Assembly (NCBI GenBank): GCA_046759605.1 | Contig: JBHICL010000001.1 | Span: forward strand, 1 to 43,694 | Direction: 5' to 3' | Source: Alphaproteobacteria bacterium | Lineage (GTDB): Bacteria; Pseudomonadota; Alphaproteobacteria; UBA6615 | DNA: 43,694 nucleotides | Part shown: piece after piece, positions 29,476-39,628 of the stretch | Layout: the number at the start of each line of letters is the position of its first letter | How positions within the stretch are numbered: position 1 is the first letter of the stretch | Notes under the pieces: model-generated | Told to the model about the DNA's origin: nothing | Seen by the model: only the letters and a program-made list of their open reading frames with translations | The model's database searches: none | Made by a program: the position numbers and the translations under genes

Positions 29476-30804
29476 ATGAACGAGGACGCACCCGGTAGGA
29501 CCAAAGCAGAAGCCGAAACCGTAACCCTCAAAGTCAACAGCACCGGCCAGAGCTACGAGCTTCCGGTTCTGCACGGCACCTCTGGTCCCCCGGTGATTGA
29601 TGTGCGCCGGCTTTACGCCGAAACCGGGATGTTCACCTACGACCCGGGCTACACGTCGACGGCCAGCTGCGATTCAGCGATCACATACATCGACGGCGAG
29701 GCCGGCATCCTGCGCCATCGCGGCTATGCCATCGAGGACCTGGCCGAACACAGCGACTTCATGGAAATCTGCTACCTGCTGCTCAACCGCGAGCTGCCGA
29801 CCCGCGCGGAGAAAGAGGTCTTCGAGCACACGATCACGCGCCACACGATGGTGCACGAGCAGCTGCTCTACCTGTACCGGGGCTTCCGCCGCGATGCCCA
29901 CCCGATGGCGATCATGGTGGGCGTGACCGGGGCGCTGTCGGCTTTCTATCACGACTCCACCGACATCGGCGATCCGCACCAACGCCTGATCGCCTCACAC
30001 AGGCTGATCGCCAAGATGCCGACGATCGCCGCAATGGCCTACAAGTACTCCGTAGGTCAGCCGTTCGTCTATCCGCGCAACGACCTGAGCTACGCCGCCA
30101 ACTTCCTGAACATGACCTTTTCGGTTCCCGCGGAGGAATACCACATCAAGCCTTCGGTGGCGCGTGCCATGGACAGGATCTTCATCCTGCACGCGGACCA
30201 CGAGCAGAACGCCTCGACCTCGACCGTGCGGCTCGCCGGTTCCTCGGGGGCCAACCCGTTCGCCTGCGTCGCGGCCGGGATTTCCTCCCTCTGGGGCCCC
30301 GCGCACGGGGGCGCCAACGAAGCCGTGCTCAACATGCTGCGAGAGATCGGCAGGAAAGATCGTATTTCCGAGTACCTGGACAAGGCCAAGGACAAGAACG
30401 ACCCCTTCCGCCTCATGGGTTTCGGTCATCGGGTCTACAAGAACTACGATCCGCGCGCGGCGGTGCTTCGGAAGTCGATGCACGAAGTCCTCGAAGAGCT
30501 GGGCGTGCGCCGAGAGCCGTTGCTCGAACTCGCGCTCGAGCTCGAGCGGATCGCGCTCGAGGATGACTATTTCATCGAGCGTAAGCTGTTCCCGAACGTG
30601 GACTTCTACTCCGGCATCATCCTCAAGGCCATCGGCTTCCCGACCAGCATGTTCACGGTGCTGTTCTCCCTCGCCCGGACGGTCGGCTGGATCGCCCAAT
30701 GGAAGGAGATGATCGAGGATCCGAGTCAGCGCATCGGGCGGCCGCGTCAGCTGTACAAAGGCCACGCCGGGCGCAAATACGTCCCCCTGGAGAAACGGGG
30801 TTGA
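29476..30804 (+). CDS. gltA: citrate synthase
   Basis: 442 aa with motifs [19 protein letters not shown] and [14 protein letters not shown]. Confidence 0.95.
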   Translation: MNEDAPGRTKAEAETVTLKVNSTGQSYELPVLHGTSGPPVIDVRRLYAETGMFTYDPGYTSTASCDSAITYIDGEAGILRHRGYAIEDLAEHSDFMEICYLLLNRELPTRAEKEVFEHTITRHTMVHEQLLYLYRGFRRDAHPMAIMVGVTGALSAFYHDSTDIGDPHQRLIASHRLIAKMPTIAAMAYKYSVGQPFVYPRNDLSYAANFLNMTFSVPAEEYHIKPSVARAMDRIFILHADHEQNASTSTVRLAGSSGANPFACVAAGISSLWGPAHGGANEAVLNMLREIGRKDRISEYLDKAKDKNDPFRLMGFGHRVYKNYDPRAAVLRKSMHEVLEELGVRREPLLELALELERIALEDDYFIERKLFPNVDFYSGIILKAIGFPTSMFTVLFSLARTVGWIAQWKEMIEDPSQRIGRPRQLYKGHAGRKYVPLEKRG

Positions 30805-30808
30805 GAAA

Positions 30809-31021
30809 GTGGCGCGGCGTCCCGGCCATACCCGCGGCCTCGTGGCATCGCCTCAAGAGAGGGCGGCCGAGGCGCCCCCACAGCGGGAGCCGCGCCGGAT
30901 ACACCCGGGCCGGCCCGCCAACGACAATCCTCCGCCGTGGGCGACGCGCCCTCGGCGCTTCGTGCTTGCGGCTGTCGCGCTCACGGCGCTGGTCGTCCTC
31001 GCCCTGCTGCTGGCTCTCTGA
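30809..31021 (+). CDS. hypothetical small tail-anchored membrane protein (speculative)
   Basis: 70 codons from GTG 30809. About 8 in 10 codons end in G/C by hand count, which is coding-like for this genome. C-terminal hydrophobic helix FVLAAVALTALVVLALLLAL. The stop is followed immediately by a 7-bp stem hairpin. No family recognised. Confidence 0.3.
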   Translation: MARRPGHTRGLVASPQERAAEAPPQREPRRIHPGRPANDNPPPWATRPRRFVLAAVALTALVVLALLLAL

Positions 31022-32246
31022 GGGTCGAGAGCCCGACCCTCGTTTCGTTCAACGCCGAGTCGGCCGCGCGATGCTCCGTCGCAAAGCGGAACACCACGTC
31101 GGCCGCGCGCTCGCTCGGCGGCCTTCCACCCAGGCCGAGCTGCCTGAGGGCGCTGTTCTGAGCCTCGAGAATATTGCGCCTGCGCTCGGGTGTCAGGAGC
31201 AGCGCCATCAACTCCGCCTCCAGCTTATCGGGGCGGCACTTCTCCTGAAGCAGCTCCGGGATCGCCTCATGTCCGGCAAGCAGGTTGACCGAGTTGACAT
31301 ACGGTATCCTGATCATGCGGCGCAGGATCCAGGCCGTTGGCGGCCAGACGCGGTGCGCGGTCACGCACGGCACGCCCGCCATCGCGAGCTCCAATGAAAC
31401 GGTGCCCGAGGCGGCCAGGGCGACATTGCTCGCCGCCATCGCGCCGTAGCCCTCCTCGTGCCCCTCCACCACGACGACCGGCACACTCCAATCCGCCGTC
31501 CGCGCCCGTATGATGTCGGCCGCGTGCGCCACGGTCGGTACCACCACGCGAAGCCCTTCGAGCCGCCTGGCCATCCGGTGAGCCGTCTCACCGAACGGTT
31601 CCAAGAGACGCGAGACCTCGCCACGTCGGCTCCCTGGCAGCAGGCACAGCACCGGCGCGTCCTCGGCGATTTCATACCGCTCTCGGAACGCCCCACCGTC
31701 ACCGCGATCCGCGCCGCACTCGACCACGGGATGTCCGACGAACGTGCAGCCCAGGCCGGCACGCGTGAAGTAAGGCGGCTCGAATGGAAACAAGGCCATG
31801 AGATGATCGAAACGTCGCCGGAACTTGCGCACCCGCCAGGGCCGCCACGCCCATACTTGAGGCGCGACGTAGTGCACCCGCGCGGCATCCCGTGACTTGA
31901 GACGGCGCACGACACCGAAGACGAAGGCCGGGGCGTCGATGGTAACAAGGATGTCGGGTCGGAAACGGTCGATCTCCCGCGCCGTTTCCTTCATACGACG
32001 AAACAGCGACCGGGCGCGGGGTATCACCTCGGCCAGGCCCATGACCGCAAGCTCGGAATACGGAAACAGGCTCTCCAGCCCCTCCGCCGCCATGCATGGT
32101 CCGCCGATGCCCGCGACCTCTACCCCGCCATGAGCGCGTGCGCGAAGAGCCGAGATCAAACGGCCGCCGAGGACGTCGCCGGAGGACTCTCCCGCGATCA
32201 AGAACACCCGGAGCGGCCGGTCCGGCGCACTTGGGGAACGGCTCAC
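30981..32246 (-). CDS. lpxB: lipid-A-disaccharide synthase
   Basis: 421 aa with N-terminus RVFLIAGESSGDVLGG and a GT19-like body. The last roughly 12-14 codons have poor third-position GC and overlap the small plus-strand ORF. Confidence 0.9.
   Translation of the reverse strand: MSRSPSAPDRPLRVFLIAGESSGDVLGGRLISALRARAHGGVEVAGIGGPCMAAEGLESLFPYSELAVMGLAEVIPRARSLFRRMKETAREIDRFRPDILVTIDAPAFVFGVVRRLKSRDAARVHYVAPQVWAWRPWRVRKFRRRFDHLMALFPFEPPYFTRAGLGCTFVGHPVVECGADRGDGGAFRERYEIAEDAPVLCLLPGSRRGEVSRLLEPFGETAHRMARRLEGLRVVVPTVAHAADIIRARTADWSVPVVVVEGHEEGYGAMAASNVALAASGTVSLELAMAGVPCVTAHRVWPPTAWILRRMIRIPYVNSVNLLAGHEAIPELLQEKCRPDKLEAELMALLLTPERRRNILEAQNSALRQLGLGGRPPSERAADVVFRFATEHRAADSALNETRVGLSTLREPAAGRGRPAP
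31021..31040 (+). terminator. stem-loop AGGGTCG-agagcc-CGACCCT followed by cgtttcgtt
   Basis: Read directly. It lies just after the small ORF stop and 217 nt after gltA, inside the low-GC3 3' tail of the lpxB ORF on the other strand. The T-tract is weak. Confidence 0.3.
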
Positions 32247-33091
32247 GCGGACTCTGCCTCCGCTTCGTCGAACGCGGCCGGGTCGATGCCGACGACGAAG
32301 AGACCCCGGTCGTCAGCCAGTCGAACGAGGCGTTCCCGCTCTATCACCAAAGTCTCGCCCGCGTGGATCGCGACCCCCCGTAGGCCGGAGTCGGCGGAAA
32401 GCTCGATCGTACGGGGCCCCACAGTCGGCAAGTCGACGCGTCGCTCCTGGGAAGGCTTCGACACCTTCACGAGCACGCCTCCCGGTCCATCGAGGCAGAG
32501 AGCCCGGCATCGCTGGACAAGAGCGTCGGTACCTTCCACCGCCTCGACGCCGAGAACGATGCCGCGCTGGACGACGACCGCCTGCCCAACGTCCAGACGC
32601 CCGAGCGCGCGGGCCACGGCGACTCCCCGGGCTATGTCGGTCTCGGCGGCATTGTCGGGCCTGTGCCGACCGTAGACGCCCGCTGCCGCTCTGAGGCCGG
32701 GCAGGACCTCGTCGGCGCCAACGATCGAGAAACCCTCGCCTTCCTCGAGCTCCTGAACGATCCAGCTCAGAAGGCCGTCGTCGCCCCGGCGGAGCACGCC
32801 GCTCGCCAGGAACCTGATCGCCCGCGTATCGGGCCATAGCTCGGCCGGTGAGGGACGGTGCACGGGTCCGGCGAGTACGAGCTCGCGGACGCCTTCGGCG
32901 CGCAGCCTCCTCAGAATGCGGCCGGCCGCGCCGACGCGCGCCCACATATGGGGCGCATCACCAATTATCGCGGGATCGGCATGGCCTTCGAACGCGATGA
33001 CGAAATAGTCGCGTCCCGAGGAACGACAGGCGTCGATCAGCTGACCGGGCAGCAGTCCCTCGCCGGCGAGAATGCCCAGCTTAGCCGCCAT
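32243..33091 (-). CDS. lpxI: UDP-2,3-diacylglucosamine diphosphatase LpxI (DUF1009 family)
   Basis: 282 aa with N-terminus LGILAGEGLLP. It sits between lpxA and lpxB, the characteristic LpxI position in alphaproteobacteria. 4-nt overlap with the lpxB start. Confidence 0.85.
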   Translation of the reverse strand: MAAKLGILAGEGLLPGQLIDACRSSGRDYFVIAFEGHADPAIIGDAPHMWARVGAAGRILRRLRAEGVRELVLAGPVHRPSPAELWPDTRAIRFLASGVLRRGDDGLLSWIVQELEEGEGFSIVGADEVLPGLRAAAGVYGRHRPDNAAETDIARGVAVARALGRLDVGQAVVVQRGIVLGVEAVEGTDALVQRCRALCLDGPGGVLVKVSKPSQERRVDLPTVGPRTIELSADSGLRGVAIHAGETLVIERERLVRLADDRGLFVVGIDPAAFDEAEAESA

Positions 33092-33881
33092 TCTGCAATT
33101 TTGGCTGCAGCACGGCGCGCGACGAGTCCGTCCTGATGAAATCGACGATATCCATCACCGGCTGCACATCCCGATAGAGTTGCACCACGTCTTCGACCCT
33201 TTCGGCGAGCGTGCCCTCCTGGGCGAAGAGCAGGCGGTAGGCGGTGCGCAACGTGTGTATGTCATCGCGCGAGAAGCCGCGCCGCTTCAGCCCGATGACA
33301 TTCAGACCGATAAGCCGCGCCCGATCGCCAACGGCCGAGCCGTAAGGTATGAGATCGTGCTCCACCCCCGACATGCCCCCGACCATCGAATGGGCTCCGA
33401 TCCTGACGAACTGGTGCACCGCCGCGAGGCCCCCGATGATAGCATAGTCGTCGACGACCACGTGGCCTCCGAGCGTCGCATTGTTCGCCATGATCACCCG
33501 ATTTCCGATTTTGCAGTCGTGGGCCACGTGGGCGCCAACCATGAAGAGACAGTCGTCGCCCACGGACGTGATCATACCGCCGCCCTCGGTGCCGGGATTC
33601 ATCGTCACGTACTCGCGGATACGGTTATTTGCACCGATTCGCAGCACAGACGCCTCGCCACGGTACTTCAGATCCTGAGGCGGGTGGCCGATAGATGCGA
33701 AAGGAAATACGGCACATCCCGGGCCCAGCGTGGTACGGCCGGCGACGACGACATGGGACTTGAGCACGACGCCGTCGCCAAGCTCCACGTTCGAACCCAC
33801 AATGCAGAATGGCCCCACCTCGACGCCCGCGCCGAGCTCCGCTCCCCGTTCGACGAGTGCCGTCGGGTGGATCTTACTCAT
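33081..33881 (-). CDS. lpxA: acyl-ACP--UDP-N-acetylglucosamine O-acyltransferase
   Basis: 266 aa with an N-terminal hexapeptide-repeat left-handed beta-helix ([26 protein letters not shown]...) and a C-terminal helical domain. Confidence 0.93.
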   Translation of the reverse strand: MSKIHPTALVERGAELGAGVEVGPFCIVGSNVELGDGVVLKSHVVVAGRTTLGPGCAVFPFASIGHPPQDLKYRGEASVLRIGANNRIREYVTMNPGTEGGGMITSVGDDCLFMVGAHVAHDCKIGNRVIMANNATLGGHVVVDDYAIIGGLAAVHQFVRIGAHSMVGGMSGVEHDLIPYGSAVGDRARLIGLNVIGLKRRGFSRDDIHTLRTAYRLLFAQEGTLAERVEDVVQLYRDVQPVMDIVDFIRTDSSRAVLQPKLQNGG

Positions 33882-34348
33882 TTCCTATCCCTGATCATCG
33901 CGGTGTAGGTGGCCTCGGCGACGGTTCGACCGTCGACGCGAGCCTCTCCGCTAAACTTCCAGACCGCCCCCCGGTTGCGGACCTTATTGACGTGTAGACG
34001 CAAGGTGTCACCCGGCAACACCGGCTTCCGGAAGCGCGCGTCCTCGATGCTCATGAAGTACACAAGCTTACCCTTTGCCTCATCCCCAAGTGTTTCCACC
34101 ACGAGCGCCGCCGCGGTCTGCGCCAACGCCTCTACGATCAGGACGCCCGGCATCACGGGCTGTGACGGGAAATGCCCCTGGAAGAACGGCTCGCCGATCG
34201 TGACGTTCTTGATCCCAACGGCGCTGACATCGGGGTGGATGTCCTCGACGCGATCGATCATCAGAAAGGGGTAGCGGTGCGGGATCATATCCATGACCCG
34301 CAGCGTGTCCGCGGACCGACCTTCCCGCTCTCTTGCCTTCGCTTCCAT
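33878..34348 (-). CDS. fabZ: 3-hydroxyacyl-ACP dehydratase
   Basis: Motifs [13 protein letters not shown] and FFQGHFP...[14 protein letters not shown]. 4-nt overlap with the lpxA start. Confidence 0.95.
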   Translation of the reverse strand: MEAKAREREGRSADTLRVMDMIPHRYPFLMIDRVEDIHPDVSAVGIKNVTIGEPFFQGHFPSQPVMPGVLIVEALAQTAAALVVETLGDEAKGKLVYFMSIEDARFRKPVLPGDTLRLHVNKVRNRGAVWKFSGEARVDGRTVAEATYTAMIRDRK

Positions 34349-34360
34349 CCGGGATGGCCC

Positions 34361-35395
34361 CTAGTGCCCTTGAGTCTTTCCTCGCTCCTTCGCCAGTCTG
34401 GCAAGGGTCGCGACCTGGCGGAAGAAGTCTCGTACGGGAACCGCCGGTGATCCGACGATTCTCGAACCGGCGGGAACATCCCGCATAACGCCGCCCTGAG
34501 CGCCGACCTGGGCCCCCTTGCCAACCCGGAGGTGGCCCGCCACGCCCGACTGAGCGGCAAGCACCACGTGATCCTCCAATCGGGTACTGCCGGACACACC
34601 GGCCTGGGCCACGATAACGCACCCCTTGCCGGTTTTCACGTTGTGTCCGATTTGAACCAAATTATCAATCTTGCTGCCCGCTCCAATAACCGTATCCGTG
34701 CCCGCGCCGCGGTCGATCGTGCTGTTCGCGCCGACCTCCACCTCGTCCTCGATACGCACCAGGCCGAGCTGTGGCACGTCGAGGTGACCTTTCGCATCCA
34801 TGTCGAAGCCAAAGCCGCGCTGGCCTACCTGAACGCCGGGATGAATCAAGACGCGCTCGCCAACGATACAATGGCTCAGAGTCGCGTTGGGACCAATCTC
34901 GGTATCGGCGCCGATCTCAACGTTCGCCTCGACGACAGCGTTGGCGCCGACAAACACGCGTGGACCGAGCCTGACTTCGGGACCAATGACGGCTCCGGCC
35001 GCGATCGAGCACCCTTCTCCGATCTTGGCCGTGGGATCCACATGAGCGGCGGGATGGATACCGGGCCGTGGCAGCTCGCGCGGGTAGAAAGCCCGTGCGA
35101 TGCGGGCATATGCGCGGTAGGGACGCCTGCTGAGGAGAAGGGCCATACCCTCGGGAGCCCGGTCCGCAAGCGCCGGCTCGACCACACATGCGCCGGCGCG
35201 GCTCGTTTGGAAAGCCTCCACGTAGCGACGGTTGTCAAGGAAGCTGACGTCGTCCGGTCCAGCGACCTCGAGTGGCGCCACGTCGCGAAGTTTCTTTTCC
35301 ATAGGGGCTTCGGGGCGAAGCTCGGCCTCCGCTATCCGGGCCAGCTTCGCGAGAGTGAAAGGGCCGCGATTGGTAAAGAACCGTGGATCAGCCAT
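34361..35395 (-). CDS. lpxD: UDP-3-O-(3-hydroxyacyl)glucosamine N-acyltransferase
   Basis: 344 aa with a LpxD N-terminal domain followed by long hexapeptide repeats. Confidence 0.93.
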   Translation of the reverse strand: MADPRFFTNRGPFTLAKLARIAEAELRPEAPMEKKLRDVAPLEVAGPDDVSFLDNRRYVEAFQTSRAGACVVEPALADRAPEGMALLLSRRPYRAYARIARAFYPRELPRPGIHPAAHVDPTAKIGEGCSIAAGAVIGPEVRLGPRVFVGANAVVEANVEIGADTEIGPNATLSHCIVGERVLIHPGVQVGQRGFGFDMDAKGHLDVPQLGLVRIEDEVEVGANSTIDRGAGTDTVIGAGSKIDNLVQIGHNVKTGKGCVIVAQAGVSGSTRLEDHVVLAAQSGVAGHLRVGKGAQVGAQGGVMRDVPAGSRIVGSPAVPVRDFFRQVATLARLAKERGKTQGH

Positions 35396-35411
35396 GACCC
35401 CGTCGCATCCG

Positions 35412-35990
35412 CTACTGCTGCGGCGAATTCTCGGTAACTTCTATTTTGACGGATGGAAGTCGTTGGTCGAGCCGGGACAGCGCAGTTGCCGTGAAGTCGG
35501 ATACATTGCGGGCGAACACGATCTGCGACCGCTGCAAGACGACGTTCACACCTTCCTCACGAGCCATCTTGCCTATCTCCTCGAACAGCACATTCTGAAT
35601 CTGCCGCATCGAGGATTCGAACGCCCCATCGAGCACACGCCGCACCTCCTGCACCCGACGGTTCAGACCGGCCGCGTCCTTCTGAAACTGCTCGCGCCGC
35701 TGGGCGTAGATCTCGGGCGCCAGGATGGTCCGTTGCTGCTGAAGCTCCCGCTCGACGGCGCGAAGCCGGTTTTCCTCCTCCGAGATCTCCTGGCGGTACC
35801 GGGCCTGGATCTGCTCGAGCTGCTCCCGTGCGGTCGCCACGGCGCTCGCCTCGCGCATGACCGCCTCGATGTCCACCACCGCTATGACGGCGGCGCTCTG
35901 CCCGTCCTGCGCCATTGCGCCGCCCACGGCAAGGTGAATCGAGCCAAAGGCGCAAACGATCAATGCGCGGAACAAAGAGGTCTGTACCAT
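35412..35990 (-). CDS. skp: OmpH/Skp family periplasmic chaperone
   Basis: 192 aa with a signal peptide and a coiled-coil Gln/Arg/Glu-rich body. Conserved bamA-skp-lpxD position. Confidence 0.8.
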   Translation of the reverse strand: MVQTSLFRALIVCAFGSIHLAVGGAMAQDGQSAAVIAVVDIEAVMREASAVATAREQLEQIQARYRQEISEEENRLRAVERELQQQRTILAPEIYAQRREQFQKDAAGLNRRVQEVRRVLDGAFESSMRQIQNVLFEEIGKMAREEGVNVVLQRSQIVFARNVSDFTATALSRLDQRLPSVKIEVTENSPQQ

Positions 35991-35994
35991 GACG

Positions 35995-38295
35995 CTAGAA
36001 CCTCGTGCCGAAATTAAGTCGAAGCGCCTCGGTCTCGTCGAAGTCTTCCTTGAGCACCGCCTGAGACAGGTCGACTCGAATCGGACCGAATGGCGACCGC
36101 CAGCCTACGCCAACTCCAATCGATGCGCGAATCGAAGCTTCGTCCTCGATGGATGGGCCGCCCACGTCGAGGTCCGTCAGCGTGCCGAAATCGCTGAAGA
36201 CGCTCATGTCGATACCCAACTCCTCCGGCAGGCCCGTGGGCAACTGCAGCTCCGCCGTTCCGGAAAAGACCTGTTTGCCGCCGAGGGCATCGTCGGTGGC
36301 AAGGTCACGCGGGCCAACACCCGCGGTCTTGAAGCCGCGCAGGTTGGCGCCGCCGAGAAAGAAGCTGTCGACGATGCGCACGTCGTCCCCGATGCCAAAG
36401 ATATAGCCCGCTTCGGCGGATAGGCCCAAGATCACGTTCTGGCCGAAAAGCGGCAGGAAGTATCCCGCTTCCACCTCATTACGAAGGAACTTGATTGTTC
36501 CTGGGGGCGACGCCAGGTCGACCTTGTACCTGGCAAACACGCCGTCCGTTGGTTGGATGCGGCTATCCAGCGCGTCGAAGAAGAACTCGTTGCCGATTAT
36601 CGAGGATACTTCGCTACCTTCCTGCTGCTGAATGGCCAACGATGCGTCGTCCTGCACGTTCGAAATATCGTCTCGGGACAGGGTGTAGCGCAAATTGTGG
36701 CGGATCCGCGGCGAGAACTGGTAGCCGGCGCGCAAGCCGAAACCCACCTCGTCCTCCTCGAAGGAGCTCTCACTGGTAAAGTCGGTCCGCGTCCTGAACA
36801 CGTCGAATCCCGCGCTGAGATTGCGATCGAGAAAAAACGGGTCGGTGAAGCTCAGATCGATCTGCTGCTGCTCCTGCGCAAGGGTGAGGCTGAGCCGAAG
36901 GTCCTGGCCCCGGCCGAGAAGGTTGCGCTCGCGAATGGACAGATCGCCGAGCAGTCCCGGTCCGGTTGAGAAGCCCGCGCCGACCGACAGTTCGCCGGTC
37001 GACTGTTCGACCACGTCCACGTTGACCACCGTCTTGTCGGGCGCCGAGCCCGGGTTGTTTTCTACGTCGATTCGGCTGAAGTATCCGAGGTTCCTGAGCC
37101 GTTGCCGGGAACGACGCACCTTGGCCGTATTGAAGGCATCGCCCTCGACCAGCTCGAATTCCCGCCGGATCACCTTGTCCAAGGTGCGGAGATTGCCGGT
37201 AATGTCGATGCGCTCCACAAACACACGCGGGCCCTCGCGCACGTCGTAGGTGACGCCGATCGTGCGTTCCTCGCGGTCCCGCCGGACCCGCGGACGCACG
37301 TCTACGAACGCGAAGCCCTGCGCGCCGGCCGCATCGGTAATGACTTCGAGCGTCTCCTCGACCTCGTCCGCGTTGTAGAACCGGCCCGGCTCGGTGACCA
37401 CCAGCGCTCTCAGTACCTCGGGATCGAGATCGCGGATATCCGCAACGACGTCGATATCGCCGAAGCGGTAGCGCTCGCCTTCCTCGACGGTGAAAGTGAT
37501 GATGAAGGCTTCCCGATCCAGGGTCAGCTCGGCAACGGCGGAAACGACGCGAAAGTCGGCATACCCTTCCGCCAAGTAGAAGCGCCTGAGCAGCTCGCGA
37601 TCGAACGTGAGACGGTCGGGGTCGTAGGTGTCATCCGCCGTGAAGAACCGGTAGAAGCGGCTCTCTTTCGTCTGGACCACGCCGCGCAACGTGCGATCGC
37701 TGAATCTCTCGTTGCCGATGAAGCTGATCCTGCGGATGCCGGTGGCCGGACCTTCGTTGATCTCGAACGCCAGATCGATACGGTTCTCCGGAAGCTGGAT
37801 CACTTTCGGCTCGACCGTGGCGGCAAACCGGCCGGAACGTCGATACAGCTCCTGGATCCGCTGAACATCCTGCTGGACTTTGGTGCGCGTGAACACCACG
37901 CGCGGTCTCAGCGAGACCTCGGCGGACAACGTCTCGTCGTCGATGCGGTCATTACCTTCGAAGGCGATGCGATTGATGATGGGGTTCTCCACCACCTGGA
38001 CGATCAGGCTGTCGCCTTCGCGTCTCAGGGTTACGTCGGCGAAGAGCCCCGTGTTGAACAGGCTCTTGAGGGAGCGGTCCATACGCTCCACGTCGAAGGC
38101 ATCACCCGGCTTGAGCTCCATGTAGGACATGACGGTCGACGGCTCGATCCGGCGCGTGCCCACGACTCTGATGTCACGGATCGTCTCCGTCGTCTGAGCG
38201 AACGGAGGCCCGGCGTTGGCGCTGACGAGAAACACGGCTGCGGCCACGAGCACACGAGCCAGGACGCGCTGGAGCTTGGACCGTCGCGGCGGCAC
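35995..38295 (-). CDS. bamA: outer membrane protein assembly factor BamA
   Basis: 766 aa with a signal peptide, repeated POTRA-like modules (IRDIRVVGTRRI..., INRIAFEGN..., IRRISFIGN...), a C-terminal beta-barrel and a terminal F. Confidence 0.95.
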   Translation of the reverse strand: MPPRRSKLQRVLARVLVAAAVFLVSANAGPPFAQTTETIRDIRVVGTRRIEPSTVMSYMELKPGDAFDVERMDRSLKSLFNTGLFADVTLRREGDSLIVQVVENPIINRIAFEGNDRIDDETLSAEVSLRPRVVFTRTKVQQDVQRIQELYRRSGRFAATVEPKVIQLPENRIDLAFEINEGPATGIRRISFIGNERFSDRTLRGVVQTKESRFYRFFTADDTYDPDRLTFDRELLRRFYLAEGYADFRVVSAVAELTLDREAFIITFTVEEGERYRFGDIDVVADIRDLDPEVLRALVVTEPGRFYNADEVEETLEVITDAAGAQGFAFVDVRPRVRRDREERTIGVTYDVREGPRVFVERIDITGNLRTLDKVIRREFELVEGDAFNTAKVRRSRQRLRNLGYFSRIDVENNPGSAPDKTVVNVDVVEQSTGELSVGAGFSTGPGLLGDLSIRERNLLGRGQDLRLSLTLAQEQQQIDLSFTDPFFLDRNLSAGFDVFRTRTDFTSESSFEEDEVGFGLRAGYQFSPRIRHNLRYTLSRDDISNVQDDASLAIQQQEGSEVSSIIGNEFFFDALDSRIQPTDGVFARYKVDLASPPGTIKFLRNEVEAGYFLPLFGQNVILGLSAEAGYIFGIGDDVRIVDSFFLGGANLRGFKTAGVGPRDLATDDALGGKQVFSGTAELQLPTGLPEELGIDMSVFSDFGTLTDLDVGGPSIEDEASIRASIGVGVGWRSPFGPIRVDLSQAVLKEDFDETEALRLNFGTRF

Positions 38296-38328
38296 ACTTT
38301 CCCCCTCCGGCGTCGTGCCGCCCGCCCG

Positions 38329-39450
38329 CTAGGAAATAAGGGCAACAAACTGCTTGATGAGCGGCAGACGAACCAGATCGTTGAGGGTGGCGAATACCAT
38401 GAGGCCCAGCACCAGCACCAGCCCGATTTTCAGACCGAGCTCCTGGGCGCGCGCCCCGGCCGGCCGGCCGCGGATGGCCTCATAGCCGTAGAACAGCAGG
38501 TGTCCTCCATCCAAAAGGGGAACAGGAAATAGATTGATCAGGCCTAGATTGACAGACAGAAACGCCGCGAAGATGACCAGGTTGGCCAGGCCCGCCTCGG
38601 CGGCGACCCCCGACATCTGCGCTATTCTGACCGGTCCTCCGAGTTCCGCGGTTCCGCGATCGCCGCTGACGATCTGACCCAGGGCCGTGAGGGTGATCGA
38701 TACGAGCCGCGTCGTCTCTCGGGCACTCTGCCAGATGGCGGTCACGGGATCGTGGTGCTTGAACTCGCGGCCGACGCCCATGACGCCGAGCACGCCAATC
38801 CGCTGTTCCTCGCCAAGGCCGTCGTCCTCGACGCGGGCCTCCGGCGTTGCCTTGAGCGCTATGTGTTCGCCTTCGCGCAGGACCACGAGGTCGATCTCGA
38901 TCCCGGGGTGCAGTCTGACCAGTTGCTGAACTTCCTCGAAGCGCTGGATGGACCGGCCCTCGACCTCGATCATCAGGTCGCCCTGCCGCAGCCCCGCACG
39001 CTCCGCCGCCGAGCCCGGCACTACCTCGGCGACCCGCGCCGGAGTGAAGGGCTGGCCGAGAAAGGTGAACATGAGGGCGAAAACGACGATGGCGAAAAGG
39101 AAGTTCGCAGCCGGGCCCGCCACCACGATGGCCGCCTTCTGTCCCAGGCGCTTGTTGAAGAAGCACTCGGCCCTCTCCTGCTCCGTGAGGGACTCGGCGC
39201 CTTCCTCGTCCGGTGCAAGGTCGTTCTGACCGAACATCTTGACATAGCCACCAAGCGGGATCAGGGAGAACTTCCAGCGGGTCCCACGGCGGTCGGTGAA
39301 ACCGAAGATCTCCTTGCCGAAGCCGATGGAGAACGCCTCGACCCGGACGCCGTTGCGACGGGCAATCCAGAAATGGCCGAACTCGTGCACGAACACGACG
39401 GGGGTCAGAACAACGAGAAACCAGAATAGAGTCATCATGAATCCGCTCAT
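38329..39450 (-). CDS. rseP: RIP zinc metalloprotease RseP
   Basis: HEFGHF (HExxH) in the first TM, a PDZ segment (GSAAERAGLRQGDLMIEVEG) and C-terminal LNLFPVPLLDGGH. Confidence 0.93.
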   Translation of the reverse strand: MSGFMMTLFWFLVVLTPVVFVHEFGHFWIARRNGVRVEAFSIGFGKEIFGFTDRRGTRWKFSLIPLGGYVKMFGQNDLAPDEEGAESLTEQERAECFFNKRLGQKAAIVVAGPAANFLFAIVVFALMFTFLGQPFTPARVAEVVPGSAAERAGLRQGDLMIEVEGRSIQRFEEVQQLVRLHPGIEIDLVVLREGEHIALKATPEARVEDDGLGEEQRIGVLGVMGVGREFKHHDPVTAIWQSARETTRLVSITLTALGQIVSGDRGTAELGGPVRIAQMSGVAAEAGLANLVIFAAFLSVNLGLINLFPVPLLDGGHLLFYGYEAIRGRPAGARAQELGLKIGLVLVLGLMVFATLNDLVRLPLIKQFVALIS

Positions 39451-39628
39451 TGGAAATCCACGCTCCCCTTCTTGCCCCGTCGAACTACCCTAACGGTATC
39501 ACAGCATGTTTTCCCATAAGCTAACGCTCGCCTTCGCGCTTTCAACCGCCACTCGTGTCTAATCCTAAAGTGCCGTCGAAGGAATCTCGCAACAAGCCCT
39601 TGGAGCATCTAATACCTGGATGATCGGG

